A stretch of 64,000 bases of DNA from Amphiscolops sp. MND2022 (Eukaryota): contig OZ076409.1 in assembly GCA_964187785.1 (NCBI GenBank), forward strand, positions 53,446,001 to 53,510,000. The letters are read 5' to 3'. Positions 12,548 to 26,225 of the stretch are shown in pieces; the first letter of the stretch is position 1; each line of letters opens with the position of its first letter. The notes beneath the pieces were generated by a model that was not told where the DNA came from, made no database searches, and saw only the letters and a program-made list of their open reading frames with translations. The position numbers and the translations under genes were made by a program.

Positions 12548-13083
12548 ACAAGACGGGAACGTCCCAAGTCGGCGCCATATCTTAGGCTCAAAAATATTCA
12601 AGGAACAACTATTGGAAAAATTTGGAAAAATTTTTTTTTCAAAAAAATTTTGATTTTTTTTCCGAAAAAAAAGTATTTTTTAGGTCGCACAATGCCGAAC
12701 AACTCAAAAAGAGGCCATTCAGGCTCATTCAACGTTTTCTACAAACCGAAAACTTCAAAAAACTTCAAGTGGGTACCCTTTGATAAATTTCGAAAATTTT
12801 CGAAAAAAGTCGCATATTGCCGAAAAAAACCCAAAGGGGGGACCCTTTGGTATCACCTGTACTTTTGGAAGCATTAAAAAATTTATGGTTTAGTGCGAGA
12901 ATCGAACCCACGCTCTCCGGCTGGGTCGAAGATGGAAGATGAACGAATATGAAAGATGAACAAAAATTGTAAGAAAAGTGGACCACTCAGAGTCAGATTG
13001 TCAACTGAAAAAAAAACAAAAAAAAACTACTCACTGTAAGAGTCGGGCTTTTTTCCTTAAGGGAAAAGGCGCCGACTAAAAAA
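12548..13083 (-). mobile_element. Helentron-associated non-autonomous element (HINE/DINE-1-like)
   Basis: SubTIRs GTCGGCGCC/GGCGCCGAC; GGGA-ACG-TCCC stem-loop beside one subTIR; partial inverted repeat plus A/T run at the other end; internal AAGGGGGGACCCTT motif; nearly identical ends at 17511-17898. Confidence 0.65.
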
Positions 13084-13111
13084 CAGGTCAAACTTTTCCC
13101 AACAGCTACTT

Positions 13112-13590
13112 TTATTTCATAAAACGAAGGGGAAACAAATAGCCCGGTTTTTCCAAATTCTGCAAATAGCTAGCTATTGAACGCTGGTGGATTGCTAGCA
13201 AGGTATTTTCATTCGGCCTATAAATTACCCGAAGTTTCTCTGCCTGTTGATGGGCCTGGAAAACAGAAATATGTAGATTCTCATCTAGTTTCTCCGACAT
13301 CTGGCTGACCAACTCTACATTCAGAAGTCTAGCAGTTTCTGTTGTTTTTTCGCTAGTTTCTCTACTGTTTGAATTCAAAAGTGATCTAAACTCCTCTCCA
13401 TTCATATTTCTACAAGCTTATAGCTCACTCGACCCTAAATCCGCTTCTATCTCTGTTTCTTCAGAGTTACTTTCTTAATCATTTTCAGAGAAACTCCCAT
13501 CATCAATTTCATATCTTCCAAATCAGACATCACGTCCGAATGGCGAGATCGCTTTTCTTTGGGTTTCTGCTGTTTAGTTAAGGGCATTAC
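13112..13590 (-). pseudogene. Degenerate retroelement gag-like N-terminal remnant
   Basis: Broken frames MPLTKQQKPKEKRSRHSDVMSDLE.. and ..GEEFRSLLNSNSRETSEKTTETARLLN; basic start then helical stretch, similar in style to 57716-58280. Confidence 0.4.
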
Positions 13591-13723
13591 AAAATGCGAA
13601 TTATCTCTAACAGTGAATTTGGTCATGAAAAGTTATTAAACAACTCAGAACAAGACACCCGGTAAGCACCGGGATATTTTCCGCCGTCTTCGCCTTCAAC
13701 AACTGAGCCATAGCTATTTTGGG

Positions 13724-13868
13724 AGGGGGAAATAGGATTTAAAGTATAAGATCTAAAATTTAGTGATTTCAGATCTTATTCCCGATAGATATTATTCCCG
13801 TCCTGAAATTTTAGATCTTATTCCTTTTAGATCTTTTTCCCACTTTTACTATAGATATTATTCCCCCC
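13724..13868. repeat. Small MITE-like element with inverted AGATCTTATTCCC motifs
   Basis: gggggaaatagga at left, tattattcccccc at right, several internal agatcttattcc copies. Confidence 0.4.
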
Positions 13869-16700
13869 ATTAAACTGTTTTAGTTACTTGACTATTTTAG
13901 TTACTGGAAACTAAAATAGTCAAGCAGCTACATAAAACAGTCAAGTAGTGAAGTCGATTGAAGTCCTCGGAGGAGATTTGGCAGAATTTGGAAAAAAACG
14001 CAACACAGATCATGATTTTCTTCCCCCATTATATGTGGGCGGAAAATCACAAAAAAGAAAACAGTAAATCAGGCAAATGTCTGGCAGTGTATCTCGATGT
14101 AGTGCAATTTGATTGAATGTCCTCTGTGACTTGGTTGAGGAATATGTTCATTTTCCCCAGCGTGACACTCCAAATTATGGGGTGTCATGTTCTAGAAACA
14201 AATGTTTTGTCACCGTTATGTCACTGAAGAGCCTAACTCTATAAATAGTAGCAATCAATACTACATAATATTATCATAAGTTTACATTGAAAAATATTTA
14301 GGCAAATTTAGAATAATTATATAAAAGGTCAACAGGATAAACTTCTCTCATCATTTACTTAGGTGTTCGTTTGCATGGCAACTAACATTAACAGTAGAAG
14401 TAGCACAAAATGGACATTGAGTCCACTGGACTATACTAAGAAGTAAGCAATGAAGCAATCTGATAGGGTAAAGGGAATTTTGGACAGCGAGGTAATGATA
14501 TTAGTACGTGGGACCTATGGGACGCGTTTACTTCACCTCCTACAGTTACTCAATACGTATAAAAATTAGCACCGGCATAATAATTCAGCAAACAACTGCA
14601 ACTGGTATACACTAGTTCGTACCTTGAACAATCACATGTATAATGTTATAAATATAAATACAAGCATTTTCAAATTTTAAGGACCAGCAAGTTTAAACGG
14701 AAGTTGTAGTCGAAAGTACTTGAGGTCCATTATATTGGGTAGTACTCCTGGAAGGCGCGGAACATTGTCGCTTCTCGAGGAAATGTCAAAGAAAAGTTTC
14801 CGTCGCAGCCGACAGACTGGGACAGTCCCCTTCAAAATTTTTTGATTTTGGCAACTCTGAAGCGTCTTGCGAGATCAGAGAGAGTCTCTGAGTTGTTCAA
14901 AACTTTGCGACTTAGATTTTCAATTTTTTTTGTCCGGAAACTTTGGATTTTCTGTAATTGATGTTTTTGAATGAAGAAATTCTTTTTCAACTCTCAGGGA
15001 TGATCTCTTCAGTTCCTTTTTGCGTGGGGTTTGATCAGTAAGATTTTAGTATGTATGCTGGAACGTTTTCGAAAAACTGGGGTTCCCGGGTTAGTTTCTT
15101 TTAGGGAAGATCGTTTGGCAAACTTGAAAGGTCCACCTTCTGCTTTTCGGTTTCCTTTGAAAACAATTTTTGAAAATCAAAAAATCACAAATTTGTTGTG
15201 TGTCGAGTAAGGAAAAAGACCAAACTTTCTAGTTGGCCGAAGTTCTAAAGTGCATCCAGCGGCTCCAAAGGGATGCTTTTGATTTTCCAAGGCAACTGTT
15301 TTAACACTTGAACAAGACCAACCGAGCAAAAGTTTTTTCAAGAGTTTGAACTACTGATGTTTTCAGTTGACGAAAATCATTTTTCGAGTTTCAGGGGTGA
15401 TCTCTTCAGTTATTTTCCCTCACCTCGTGTGGTAGTAACAATTGTCATCTTTCAAACTGTTTTCCAGTAATGTCAAAAGATTCAAGTGTGCATCAACTAA
15501 AACCAGCCGGATTATTTTTGCGACTTCGAGCTAATTTCTCGGAACCAGATGTTTTCGCTAAAAGATGCACAAGACCCCAAGCCACAATTACAAATATTCA
15601 AAAAACTTCGAATATATGCGTTTTTGCGAAGATTTGATCTGTTTTGATTAGACGCATTTTTAGACTGTTTGATACCTTTGAATACTCAGTCCATGGTTTC
15701 GTGAATTGTTCGATAATTTTGTAGGCTACATTTTAGCCTGAAAATGACGACAAAAGTTTTTTTCATGCTTAGTACTTTCTGGGTAAAAAGGTTGAAAAAA
15801 TATCTGAATTTTTTCCCATTAGTAGCACATTTTTCCCAAAACGGAAAATATATACGGAAACCAATCTCCCTCAGAAAGTACGACAAAGGTATGGTCTAGT
15901 TTTTTACCATCAGAACTTTTTACCAGACGTAGGTTCCAGAAAAAGCACTCCCATGTGGCCTAACACGCTATATCTGAAATTTTGAAGCGTTTTCCGAGCA
16001 CGAAAGGCACCCTTTGGGTGCTTCGACACTTTTTTGTGAGTTTTTCAATAAAAAAGTGTGTGCATCACTTTAAAAGCTTGAATCTTTGAGCCTTAAATGT
16101 AGCGCCGACTTCAGACCTTTCCTTCTCGTTTGTTTCATTGTACACCTTTCTAGTTCTTTTTTGACAAGTACCCAAAAGAGTGAGTTTGTATCTATTCAGT
16201 GTATATTCAATACCCAAATTGATGACGGTAACCGATGTTTTTTTCGAAAGCGAACATGATTTGACCTAAGTATGGTGAGATAGAGTCTGAAAGTTGTCAA
16301 AAACTTAATTGCTTCGATTTGATTATCAAAATTACTGGTTCCGTAACGTTCAATTGATAAAAACCCTATATCTTATTCATTAACGTTAATCCCGCATTAC
16401 ATTAAGTCATGCCAAAAAGAAGGTATGATGGATACTTTTTCTCAAAATGCCTTCTCGAAACTCTACATGGAACCAAGTAGTTTCAGATCAGGATTGATTT
16501 GTTGAGACTAACTTCATTCGCAGTTTTTCTTGTCAAACAAGTGAAGTCGCAAAGTGTCTGATCTTTGATCAACCTTTGGAACAGCCAGCCTACTGAAATC
16601 AAAACTGAACCAAGTCGCAGTGCAACAATTAAACAAAGACTGAAAGCCTATTTTTGATGAGAACCTAAAAGGACCATTCTAATACCAGCTACAGGTATGA

Positions 16701-17432
16701 ACAAGCCGGGACTGGCCCAAGTCGGTGCCCCGCTGAAGTTTCTGAAAAATGCAAAGGACACTATTTTCAAACTTTCGCCAATTTCTCAGTTCTAAAATAT
16801 ACCCCAATTACTTTTTAAAAATGTATCGGTTAAGTCGCATAGTGCCGAAAACCCTAAGGAGTATTCTATGCTCCTAAAACCTTTGGTTTCTAGGAAAAAT
16901 CAAAAGGGGCTCAAATACAAACTAGAAGATGGTCGCATAGTACCGGAAAAACGTCGGTCCTAAAAAAACGTTCGGATAGTATTGAAAAAAATTATTGGTG
17001 GATATGTTTTGATTGAACCTAATATCAGACGAAAAATGAGAATTTTGAACAGTCTCACACTGCCAAAAAATGTGAAAAAGGGGACCATTTGAGATTTTTT
17101 AACATCCATTCTATTGAAAAATATCAAAAAAAAATGAAAAGGGGAGACAATAAAAAAGTGCCTTTTGGAGAAATTAAAAAAGTATCGACAAAAATCTCAC
17201 AAAACTGAAAGAAGGGGAGTCGCGTCGTGCCGAAAAAAAAGGAAAGGGGACCCTTCAGCTTTGGAGTGGTTTTGTATTTCAGGTTAGAGGCTTTGGATGC
17301 GTTCAAAATCAAGTACTAAGTACTTATGGTAAAGTGCACAGAGCACAAAAAGTGGACCGATTGCGTTGAACTAACGAAAAAATCTAGCCACTTGAGAGTC
17401 GTGCTTTTTCTTCGAAAACACCGACTAAAAAA
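16701..17432 (-). mobile_element. HINE/DINE-1-like element (diverged)
   Basis: acaagccgggactggcccaagtcggtgcc start; gtcgtgc..caccgactaaaaaa end; GGGGACC motifs. Confidence 0.55.
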
Positions 17433-17510
17433 CCACTTGCAGCCATGTCAATCATATCTAACTACTTTTGATTCGTTGATTCCGTAATGTTTTAGTATCA
17501 TGAGAGATCA

Positions 17511-17898
17511 ACAAGACGGGAACGTCCCAAGTCGGCGCCATATCTTAGGCTCAAAAATATTCAAGGAACAACTATTGTAAAAATTTGGAAAAAAAAATTT
17601 TTCAAAAAAATTATTTTTGAATTTTTTTTTCGAAAAAAAGTATTTTTTAAGTCGCAAAATGCCGAAAAAAATCCAAAGGGGGGACCCTTTGGGCACGTCC
17701 GGTTGTGTATGTTTCCTTGAAAAAGTAAAAACTGAAAGGGGGACCCTTTGGAGTAAAGTTTGCCTTCTGCGCAGAATTGCAGAATTGTAAGAAAAGTGGA
17801 CCACTCAGAGTGAGATTGTCAACTGAAAAAAACAAAAAAAAACTACTCACTGTAAGAGTCGGGCTTTTTTCCTTAAGGGAAAAGGCGCCGACTAAAAA
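17511..17898 (-). mobile_element. HINE/DINE-1-like element
   Basis: Both termini nearly identical to 12548-13083. Confidence 0.65.
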
Positions 17899-18004
17899 GA
17901 GGATGGCATCCCAATAATTTGACAAAAATTTGGAAATATTCATGACGAAAGTCCTTTCTGATCTGAAAACAGGTTCAAGCATTTATCTATTAGGAGATCC
18001 GGGC

Positions 18005-18095
18005 TGTTATTTAAAACCGTTATCGTTTTGCGTTTCTAGCAAAACCGTTATAACGTGAACTAAACAAATGGTTATGGGGCGTTTTCCTCGTTACA
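18005..18095. mobile_element. Possible 91-bp mini solo LTR with 3-bp TSD
   Basis: TGTTAT...CGTTACA flanked by GGC (18002-18004, 18096-18098); right end matches the CGTTACA end of the 3-bp-TSD family. Confidence 0.4.
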
Positions 18096-18107
18096 GGCTC
18101 TAGCGAC

Positions 18108-21100
18108 TGTTAAGATCTCTTGGTTGGTTTTAAAATAATGTTCATGACAAAGAATTCTTTCAACTATCTCGTATCAAAGTATACTATTGTAATGAAATCT
18201 GCCTGTAGCAACATAAATGAGACAGAAATCAATTAGAGTTTGTTTGTAAATGTATTCAAGCAACTCTATGTCTAAAGTAATTTAGTCTATGTGAATTGGT
18301 TTGACCTCTACATTCCATATTCCCCCTCCTCCGGGTGGATTCGGTTTCAGGCGGTTGTTTTGGCTGGTGGTCCCGAAATAATCGGGTAAAGTTTTTGTGC
18401 TCCAGTGTTTTCCGTATCTCACGGTTAATTGTTCGTATTTCACGGTTGTTTCTTTCTTCATTCTTTCTGTTGTTGGTTCGGTTTGCTGGTTTGGCTTTCC
18501 TGTAACACATAATTATTATTTATTTTCTTTTTATTGTTATTTGTGAAATAAGGAATACCGCCTAGATATTCGATTTGTTTCGCGTTAGGTATTCTTTTCA
18601 CCTTTCTCACCGATTGGTGGGGTTCGTTGGGTAATGAATTCGTTTTTATACCTGTTTCGGGAGTTAGGTTTGTCTCATTTGACAGCAATTGCAGTTCATC
18701 GTCTACGTACGTCGGCGTGAACGGGTTTTCCTTCGCTAGTCTTGTAGCATTGGAACTCGTTGTCAGATACCATGCTTAAATCAAGGTCCATTGGTTTCCC
18801 TGCCGACTTGTTGGGAATTGTGAACTGGCCTCTTTCGTTGCGTGGTTGTTCTTTCCTCTTAAGCCAGTCCGCACTGCTTTCTGTGTTTTCTGGTTTTAAA
18901 GTTTCTTTTCTGCGGTATGCGCAGATATTCTCCGCTATCTTTGAACAGGATGGCTTGTCAGCTGTTGTAGTCAGTCTGGTGCTGATACTCTTCGTTGGCG
19001 TTGCTGTCGCCTGAAAGGGTATCGGATTAGATATTAATTTCCTGTGTAGGGTTTTGTTCTTGTCGGTGGTTACCGTGTGTTTAGTCCCCGAGACCGCGAT
19101 TAGCGGTTTATTTTTGAATTTGCTTCCAAGCGAGCGCTTTGTATGTGCTTTTTCAAAGAAAGTGAACGTGTAGTTAGTATTTTTCTCATTACTTACCGTC
19201 TTTGACGGTTTTTGTTTTTGGGTGAAAGTCATTGCCCTCCGGTCTTTCGGGTAGTTGGTTTTCTTCTTTGACATCACCAGATGATCGGTGATCTCGCCGG
19301 CAGAGTTGCGGGCAATAGAGACTGATAGGACCTTGGAGTCATCTGAAATAGCTTTTTTCAGGTTAGATAATTTTGTTACAGGTTCTCGTCTGAAATGTAA
19401 TTCGAACGGAGTTTTCTTTGTTTCAGAGTGTATGAGAAACCGGAGGACATATAGTGCTTTATTTAGGCTCTCGCGTAGATTTTGTTTTTCTTTTAAATTA
19501 GTTTTTGTTAGATGATTGGATGGTTTTTTCAACCAATCCCGTACCGATATGCAGATTTGGCGTACCGTATCTACGGATTATATTGTATTCTTTGCAAAAG
19601 CTTTTATATTCTGTTGAGATAAAAACACTACCGTTATCCAATTCAACTGTTTTCGGTACTCCATATACGTTTATGTATTCCCGTAGGAATGGTTAAAACC
19701 GTTTCTTTCGTGGTTTGTATTTTCGCAAATTTTTGCCACTGGTCAAAGTCTATTTTTGTCTACGGCAACTAATATAAAAGGGGATGAGTCTAAATGTTTG
19801 CTGTTCAGATTTCTGGTGAAATCAATTTGGATTTCTTCTCCTGGGTTTTTTGGCGGTTCAAGTTTTGATTTTTCGGTGTTATGTAATTGGGTTTTTAACT
19901 TCTTACCGGCATTTAAGCATGCGGAGCAGGTTTTTGCCTTCTTCTGGATATTTGCCCGCATATTTAGCCACCAGAAGATAACTGCGCGTTGCACATCTTG
20001 TTTTTTCCTGTATGGACAAAATGTAGTGCGTTAAGTGCGGCGTAGCGTAGACTTTTGGGGATAATAATGCGGTCGTCTACATTTGTTATTCCCCAGCGGT
20101 GTGTCAATTTCTTCGCCACCTGTTTGTGTTTTTCCGGGATTGCTTGGGTGTTGTTGTCCTCAATACAACATTGGACTTCGATCAAGTCTGGGTCGGCTGC
20201 TGTCTCTTTGATCAGCGTTTCCTGGTCGAGCATGAAGTCGAGCACCGCGGATCTAAAGTTGTCTTCTTGCTGGCGGTTTCTCGTGGCTTTTGTTTTGATG
20301 ACCTTATGTATTCGTACGTAATGTACGGCTATCTCTTCAATCGGGCCATCGCGATATTCTTGGACAGGGATTGCTGGGTGTGTCCCTGGCTCTTCCGTTA
20401 TAATCAGTTCTTCTGTTGTTGAGGAGATCGTAGATTCGGTGTCTAGTGCGGATTTCTGAATGCTGATTGCTTCCGGGTTGTTTTCTGTTGACGTGCCGGG
20501 TGTTTGTGGGTTTTCGTCCCCGAAAATTTGAAATAACCGCCACTGATATGCGTGACTCAGTTTTCTTCTTTTCTTCGGAGACGAATATCGAATCGTTTTA
20601 CCTCCTTCTGTCCACGTCGTCCGGTCGTCTTGGGAGGAGTATTTCTCTCTCGAGCTTCTTGTGCCAGTGATGGCGCATGTGGCCTGGTTTTGTCGGTTCG
20701 GTCCTCCTTTCGACTAGTTCTTGTGTCTCCGGTGAATTATTTCTCCCGTTTATAATCTTCATGATTTCATCGTCAGCTCCCCAGTGGTATTTCAGTTTGT
20801 CATTTACAGCGAATCGGTCCAGAATGTGTCGGTTGTTATTGTTGTTGTACATTGTTAATTTGGTGTATAATTTACAATCGCTGTGAGTGGTATTGTTAAT
20901 CTGATTAGCGGTCAATTTCAAATTGGAATGGTTTGTGTTTGTTTTGCGGCAGCGCGTACCAGTCCGCGTGTGCGTATCATGCATGTTTGCCGTGTTAGTG
21001 TTCTCTGATTGGTCGAAAATCCGCCCAATTCTGCCGTTTACCGTTGCGAGTTGCGCGATGGCGTTGATAACAAATTCTTCTTTGTAATTTTCTTCAGGGT

Positions 21101-24079
21101 CGGCAATTTCCGTTGGGTTACGGCTAAAGAAACCGGTGAATTTGATTTCTTTTCCGGCAGTGTATTTGAGTGATATGTCGAAGTGGTTTAGTCTGTCTAG
21201 CCACCGTGTTAGTCGGGCACTGTATTGTTTATTGATTTTGTTTCTCTTCAGTATCGGTTCCAGTGCTTGGTGATCCGAAAAAAATTGGACCTGTTTCCCG
21301 TATAGGTGAAATCTGAACTGTTAGAGGCCCCAAACTACGGCTAATAATTCTAGTTCGCCGACGGATTTTTTTTCCTGCGTCGTTAAGATAGCGGCCTCCG
21401 TATGCGGTTGCTTTCAATTCGCCGTTGTTTTGTCGTTGCCATAACGCTATTCCTAGTCCGGTGTTGCACGCGTCGGTTGTGACGATATTTTCATATTTTC
21501 TTTGTTGCCGTAGTAATGTGCTAACATGGTTGTGTTGTCAATTCTTTTTTCATGTTGTTGAAATTTGTGTCTCGGTCTTCTGTCCATTCCCATTTTACTC
21601 CTTTTTTCAGCAATTGTCTCATATTGTCCGTCTTTTTGGATAGATTCGGTATGAAAATTGCAAAATATTGTATTGCTCCAAGGAATGATTTTAGAGTTTT
21701 TGTGTTTGTCGGTGGGTTCAATTTGTTGATTGCATCTGTTTTCTCTTTATTCGGTCTCATTCCGTCTTGTGAGATGGTATGTCTCAGCCATACCGTTTCC
21801 TTTTGATAAAATTTTGACTTTTTACTGGCTTTATAGCCTTCGTTTTCCAATTTTGTTAGGACTGATTCTAATTTTTGTGTGCGTTGTTCCTTTGTTCATC
21901 GTGTCACAATTAATATATCGTCCTGTCATACTGGTATTTGGTGGCCGACAGGTCGGTCTATTTTCTCCTGAAAAATAGTGGGTATGTCGGCTGGTCCGTA
22001 AAAACCCTTGAGGAATCGATAGTATCCGTTGATTTTCTCTCTAGTATTTGCGAAGTTGCGTGTTTGCTTGTTTCCGGTGATAATCTCATTTGTCCGTAAG
22101 CATAGTCCAAGTCTATGACTGATATCCAGATTGGGTCTAGCTCGTTTTTTGATAGTTCGGAAGAAAGTTGGTTTAACCGTTCGTCCATTTTGGCATGTGT
22201 GATCTTTTCTTTATGCAGCTGTCATTTAGTTTTTGGGCAACGAGTGCAATTTTGACTGTTTTGTCCTTTTTTAGCGTAAATACAACGGGAGATACGAAAC
22301 AGTCTTCTTCGATTGTTTCTAATCTTTCCAAATGTCCGGATTTTATTAGTCGGTCTAGTTCGTTCTTTACATCGTCTTGCAAGTGGTACGGTTTATGTCG
22401 TGCTTTTTGTTGTATTGGGTAGCATCCCGGTTTTATCTGTATATTCACTTCCGTATTCTTGATGGTGTGATTCGTTTCGAATAATTTCTTGAATTCCGTG
22501 TGTATCTTTGTTGTTTCTGATTGGTTAGTGTTGTTGTCCAATGAGATTTTGTTGATAGTAATTGGCAGTTGTTTTAACCAGTTTACTCCAGTAGAGGTGT
22601 GATGTCAGCTCTTTTTGTAATTAGAAGTGGTAGTTTGATATGTTTCCTGTTGTATTCAACGTCTACCCATATTTTCCCCAGGAATGTTTTTTCGTTTTTG
22701 TTTTGGTCTTGATACCACTCTTTCAGCGGTTGGATATCCTCTGGATTGTATAGAGTGGGATTGTTTGGCATGATGGTGACCAGAGAGCCGGTGTCAATCA
22801 TGAACTTTTGGCTTTTTCCGTTTGTTTTTATTTCGACACCGTAATGGCCATTGTTGTCCGGTGTTATTTTGTTTATTTGTGTGATTTGAAGTATTCGCTG
22901 TCTTCATTGTCTTCTTCGGAGGTCATATCTCCCAGGTAATTGATTCTTTTTGTTTTAGTTGGTTTCGTACGGCATACCCGGGCGAAGTGTCCTGTTTTTT
23001 GACAATTACTGCATTTTATCGTTTTAGCCGGGCAAGAGTGTTGGGGTGTCCAATTTGGTTGTCCGCAGAATCCACAATTGTTTTTCTTCTGTTTTTGTTT
23101 TTCTCGGAATTGTTTTGTTTGGATTTTCTGGATGGGTTCTTGTTTTATCTCCTTGTCTTTCGTCAGTGCAGGTGGTATGGTAGATTGTTTGTGTCGGCGA
23201 TCATAGCTGTCTTGTGTGATAAGTTCTATGGTGGTTTTCAAGTTAAGAGTTTTTTCGCGGATCAGTTTTTCCCGAAGTTTGTTGTCGGTTATGCTTGTGA
23301 TGAATTTCGATATGAGTAGGTCTTCTTGCTTGATGTCTTTGAATTCGCATGTTCTTTCTAATGTTATCAGTTTTTTTCCAAGGTTCCTCGGGCGTTTCAT
23401 TTTCTTTTGTTTGGCCCAGAAAAAATCTCCACAGCTGTGATATGTATTTCTTTTGGGCATGTAGTATTCCCGGAATAGTTGGATTAACTTGTCGGTTTTG
23501 ATTGTGTCGGGGTCCGTGTTAAATTCTCCTTTTGTGATAATTTCGATTGCTGACGGTCCGGCGCGCCAGATGAAATCTTGTCTGATTTCCGGTTCTTTTC
23601 TGTCCCATGGGTCACCGGTAGGTACCGTATCATCAGTTAATATCGGTTTAATGTCTATATTGTGGATTCTTTTTATGTAATGTCGGAATCTTTCGGTCCA
23701 TTCTTTTGGTGTGTATATTTTCTTCCCGTCGAGTCCGGTGTCTTCAAAATATGGTAGTTGTACCTTTGTAGACACGACCATTTTCTGATAGTTATTGGTT
23801 GGTAAAATATTTCGTGCTGTGGTAAGAAAGTTCGATAAAAAAATTAATATCTTGCTGACTGCGCCATGTTAAGATCTCTTGGTTGGTTTAAAATAATATT
23901 CATGACAAAGAATTCTCTTTCCACTATCTCGTATCAAAGTATACTATTGTAATGAAATCTGGGTGTAGCAATATATATGAGACAGAAATCAATTAGAGTT
24001 TGTTTGTAAATGTATTCAAGCAACTCTCTGTCTGAAGTAATTTAGTCTATGTGAAATGGTTTGACCTCTACATTCCACA
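18108..24079 (-). mobile_element. Degenerate full-length Gypsy/Ty3 (Mag-like) LTR retrotransposon
   Basis: LTRs 18108-18319 and 23867-24079 (about 5% different by eye); 5-bp TSD GCGAC (18103-18107, 24080-24084); PBS TGGCGCAGTCAGCAAGAT (tRNA-Ser-like); PPT AGGAGGGGGAA. Confidence 0.95.
18460..23781 (-). pseudogene. Disrupted gag-pol of the second Mag-like element
   Basis: Gag 22873-23781 with two CCHC motifs; MIDTGS protease; DLDYAYGQ RT; FLGAIQY; ALHFVH..CSAC integrase; many stops and frameshifts. Confidence 0.9.
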
Positions 24080-24128
24080 GCGACAAAAAAATAGTGTTGC
24101 TCATCTCGTAAATATCTAAAGTTATAAC

Positions 24129-24186
24129 TCGTGGGGTTCGACTCAGATCAGAGAGTGTACTCTCTGATCTGAGTTGAACCCCACGA
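24129..24186. repeat. 58-bp near-perfect palindrome
   Basis: TCGTGGGGTTCGACTCAGATCAGAGAGT-GT-ACTCTCTGATCTGAGTTGAACCCCACGA, one G.T wobble. Confidence 0.9.
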
Positions 24187-24585
24187 TCATCCTGGAAAAA
24201 CGTGAAATCATACGGCAATGGCGTCAAAAGTTTGGACGTTGCATGTTGGTATGTTGTTTGTTCATGTTGAAAAATTTAGTCAAAATTAAGTCATATCACA
24301 AGACGGAACTGATAAATTTCATTTTGAAAGACTACAGACTTTGACGCTTTAGGTAGAATTAGTTGGCGGAAATCAACTTCGAAAAATTCCTACCAATCGT
24401 AAACCCCAAAGAAACCCTTTTCTATTTTTTTCTATGCGAAAGCCTCAAAAAACAAAAATAAAATTCTTTAAAGTGTGACGATATTTGATTTTCATTTTCA
24501 ATATATGCATAAGAATATGCATGGAGAGTATGCAATGCAAATCTTGCAAGGGTCTTACAAGATCCTTATAGAAAGCACACTACTT

Positions 24586-24912
24586 ACCAGATCTTAGAAG
24601 GAAATGTTTTCCGTGAAAGATCTTGCAAGGAAATGGCTTCCTTGAAAGATCTTGCAAGGAAATGTATTCCTTGAAATATCTTACAAGGAAATGTTTTCCT
24701 TGAAAGATCTTGCAAGGAAATGTCTTCCTTGAAAGATCTTGCAAGGAAATGTATTCCTTGAAATATCTTACAAGGAAATGTTTTCCTTGAAAGATCTTGC
24801 AAGGATATGTTTTCCTTGAAAGATCTTGCAAGGAAATGCTTTCCTAGAAAGACCTTGCAAGGAAATGCTTTCCTTGAAAGATCTTGCAAGGAAATGCTTT
24901 CCTTGCAAGATT
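24586..24912. repeat. 29-bp minisatellite, about 11 copies, quasi-palindromic unit
   Basis: Unit GAAAGATCTTGCAAGGAAATGTTTTCCTT in head-to-tail copies without spacers. Confidence 0.92.
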
Positions 24913-26225
24913 CTTGAATTCAACGGATTTCGTACTGTGAAATTATAATAACGTAGTCGTGAGTTGAGTAAAAGGTCAAAAACGTTAATAAACATTGTTT
25001 CAAAAGAGCACTTTAACTAATTGAAATATAATTTCAATCAATAAATTATCCACAGCCTACTTTTAAATCATTAGCCATAACACAGTACTTAACACCATTG
25101 ATCTGAAAACATTTTCAAATACTTTGGAACTGTATTTTAAATGTTCCGTCACTGAAATGTAGTCACTCTGTGATCTGAAATTTAGATGCTCAACATTTTT
25201 CAGGTATTGGGTCAAATTCGCCAACGAAGTTTTCTTTTTCAAAAAACGAAAGAAACATCGAGTTATCAGGATTCGTATACAAAAGAACTTTCACAGAACA
25301 GTTTATGAAATTCAATCCGAAAAAAAAACGAAGACTACTAAAAAATTTAATGAACAATTTTTCAGTCGATGCAAAACGCTTCTTTGCAAATTGGTCGAAG
25401 AAACATCGTATTTGAGACTTTTTATACAACAAAAAGCACAGAAACCAGGATGAGATATCTATGAAAAAAAATCGAACAATTGAATTTCTTTCAAGTGACA
25501 AAAAATGCTGAAATCTGGACTTTTTCGTAGCTTATTGGCAGTTTGCTTCAGTTTTAGTTCTTTAACACAAGAAATACGAAGACAACTAAAAGTTTATCGG
25601 CAATGGATTTCGAAAACGGATGAGCGGGACATACTATAACCGCAAACTTCATCACCAGCTAAATTATATTAATTTTATCTAACATTTCCTCAAACTCATA
25701 ATATACTTCAGAATAGACCAAATATATTCAATAATATTTTCATCCCATATTCCATGAGAAAGGAAATTTTTTTTATTCAGCCGTGTTTTTTGAACAGTTT
25801 GTCATGTTCCAAACTGATATTCAAATTAAAGGGTGTCACCCATAGATATCAAATCACATCAATTTAGCTCCGTAGGTGTATTTGTGGAGATTTTTGAACT
25901 TTATTAGATATGGCCAAAATGACCCCAGAATGACCCAAAATGACCTCAAAAACAACAAAAATTCCAAAACTTCACGATTTTCACCTATTTTATGGAATTT
26001 TTGTCAACGTTCCGACAGGTTTCGTGGATTACAATTTAGAATGTTGAAAAGGGTCAACACGGAAAAAAATTGTTGTCCAGTAGCCTTGGTGAAATGATAA
26101 AGGCCTTTTTTCAAGAGAAAAATGTCTCGAGTTGACACCGAAAATGACAAAAGTTCCAAAATTTTCTATTTTTTTCATTTTTTGTGAAAATTTCGATAGA
26201 TTTTATGGATTAGAATGTTGAGACT

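Noticed and set aside
24586..24912. CRISPR-like palindromic 29-bp repeats
   Set aside because: No unique spacers, no cas genes, eukaryotic context
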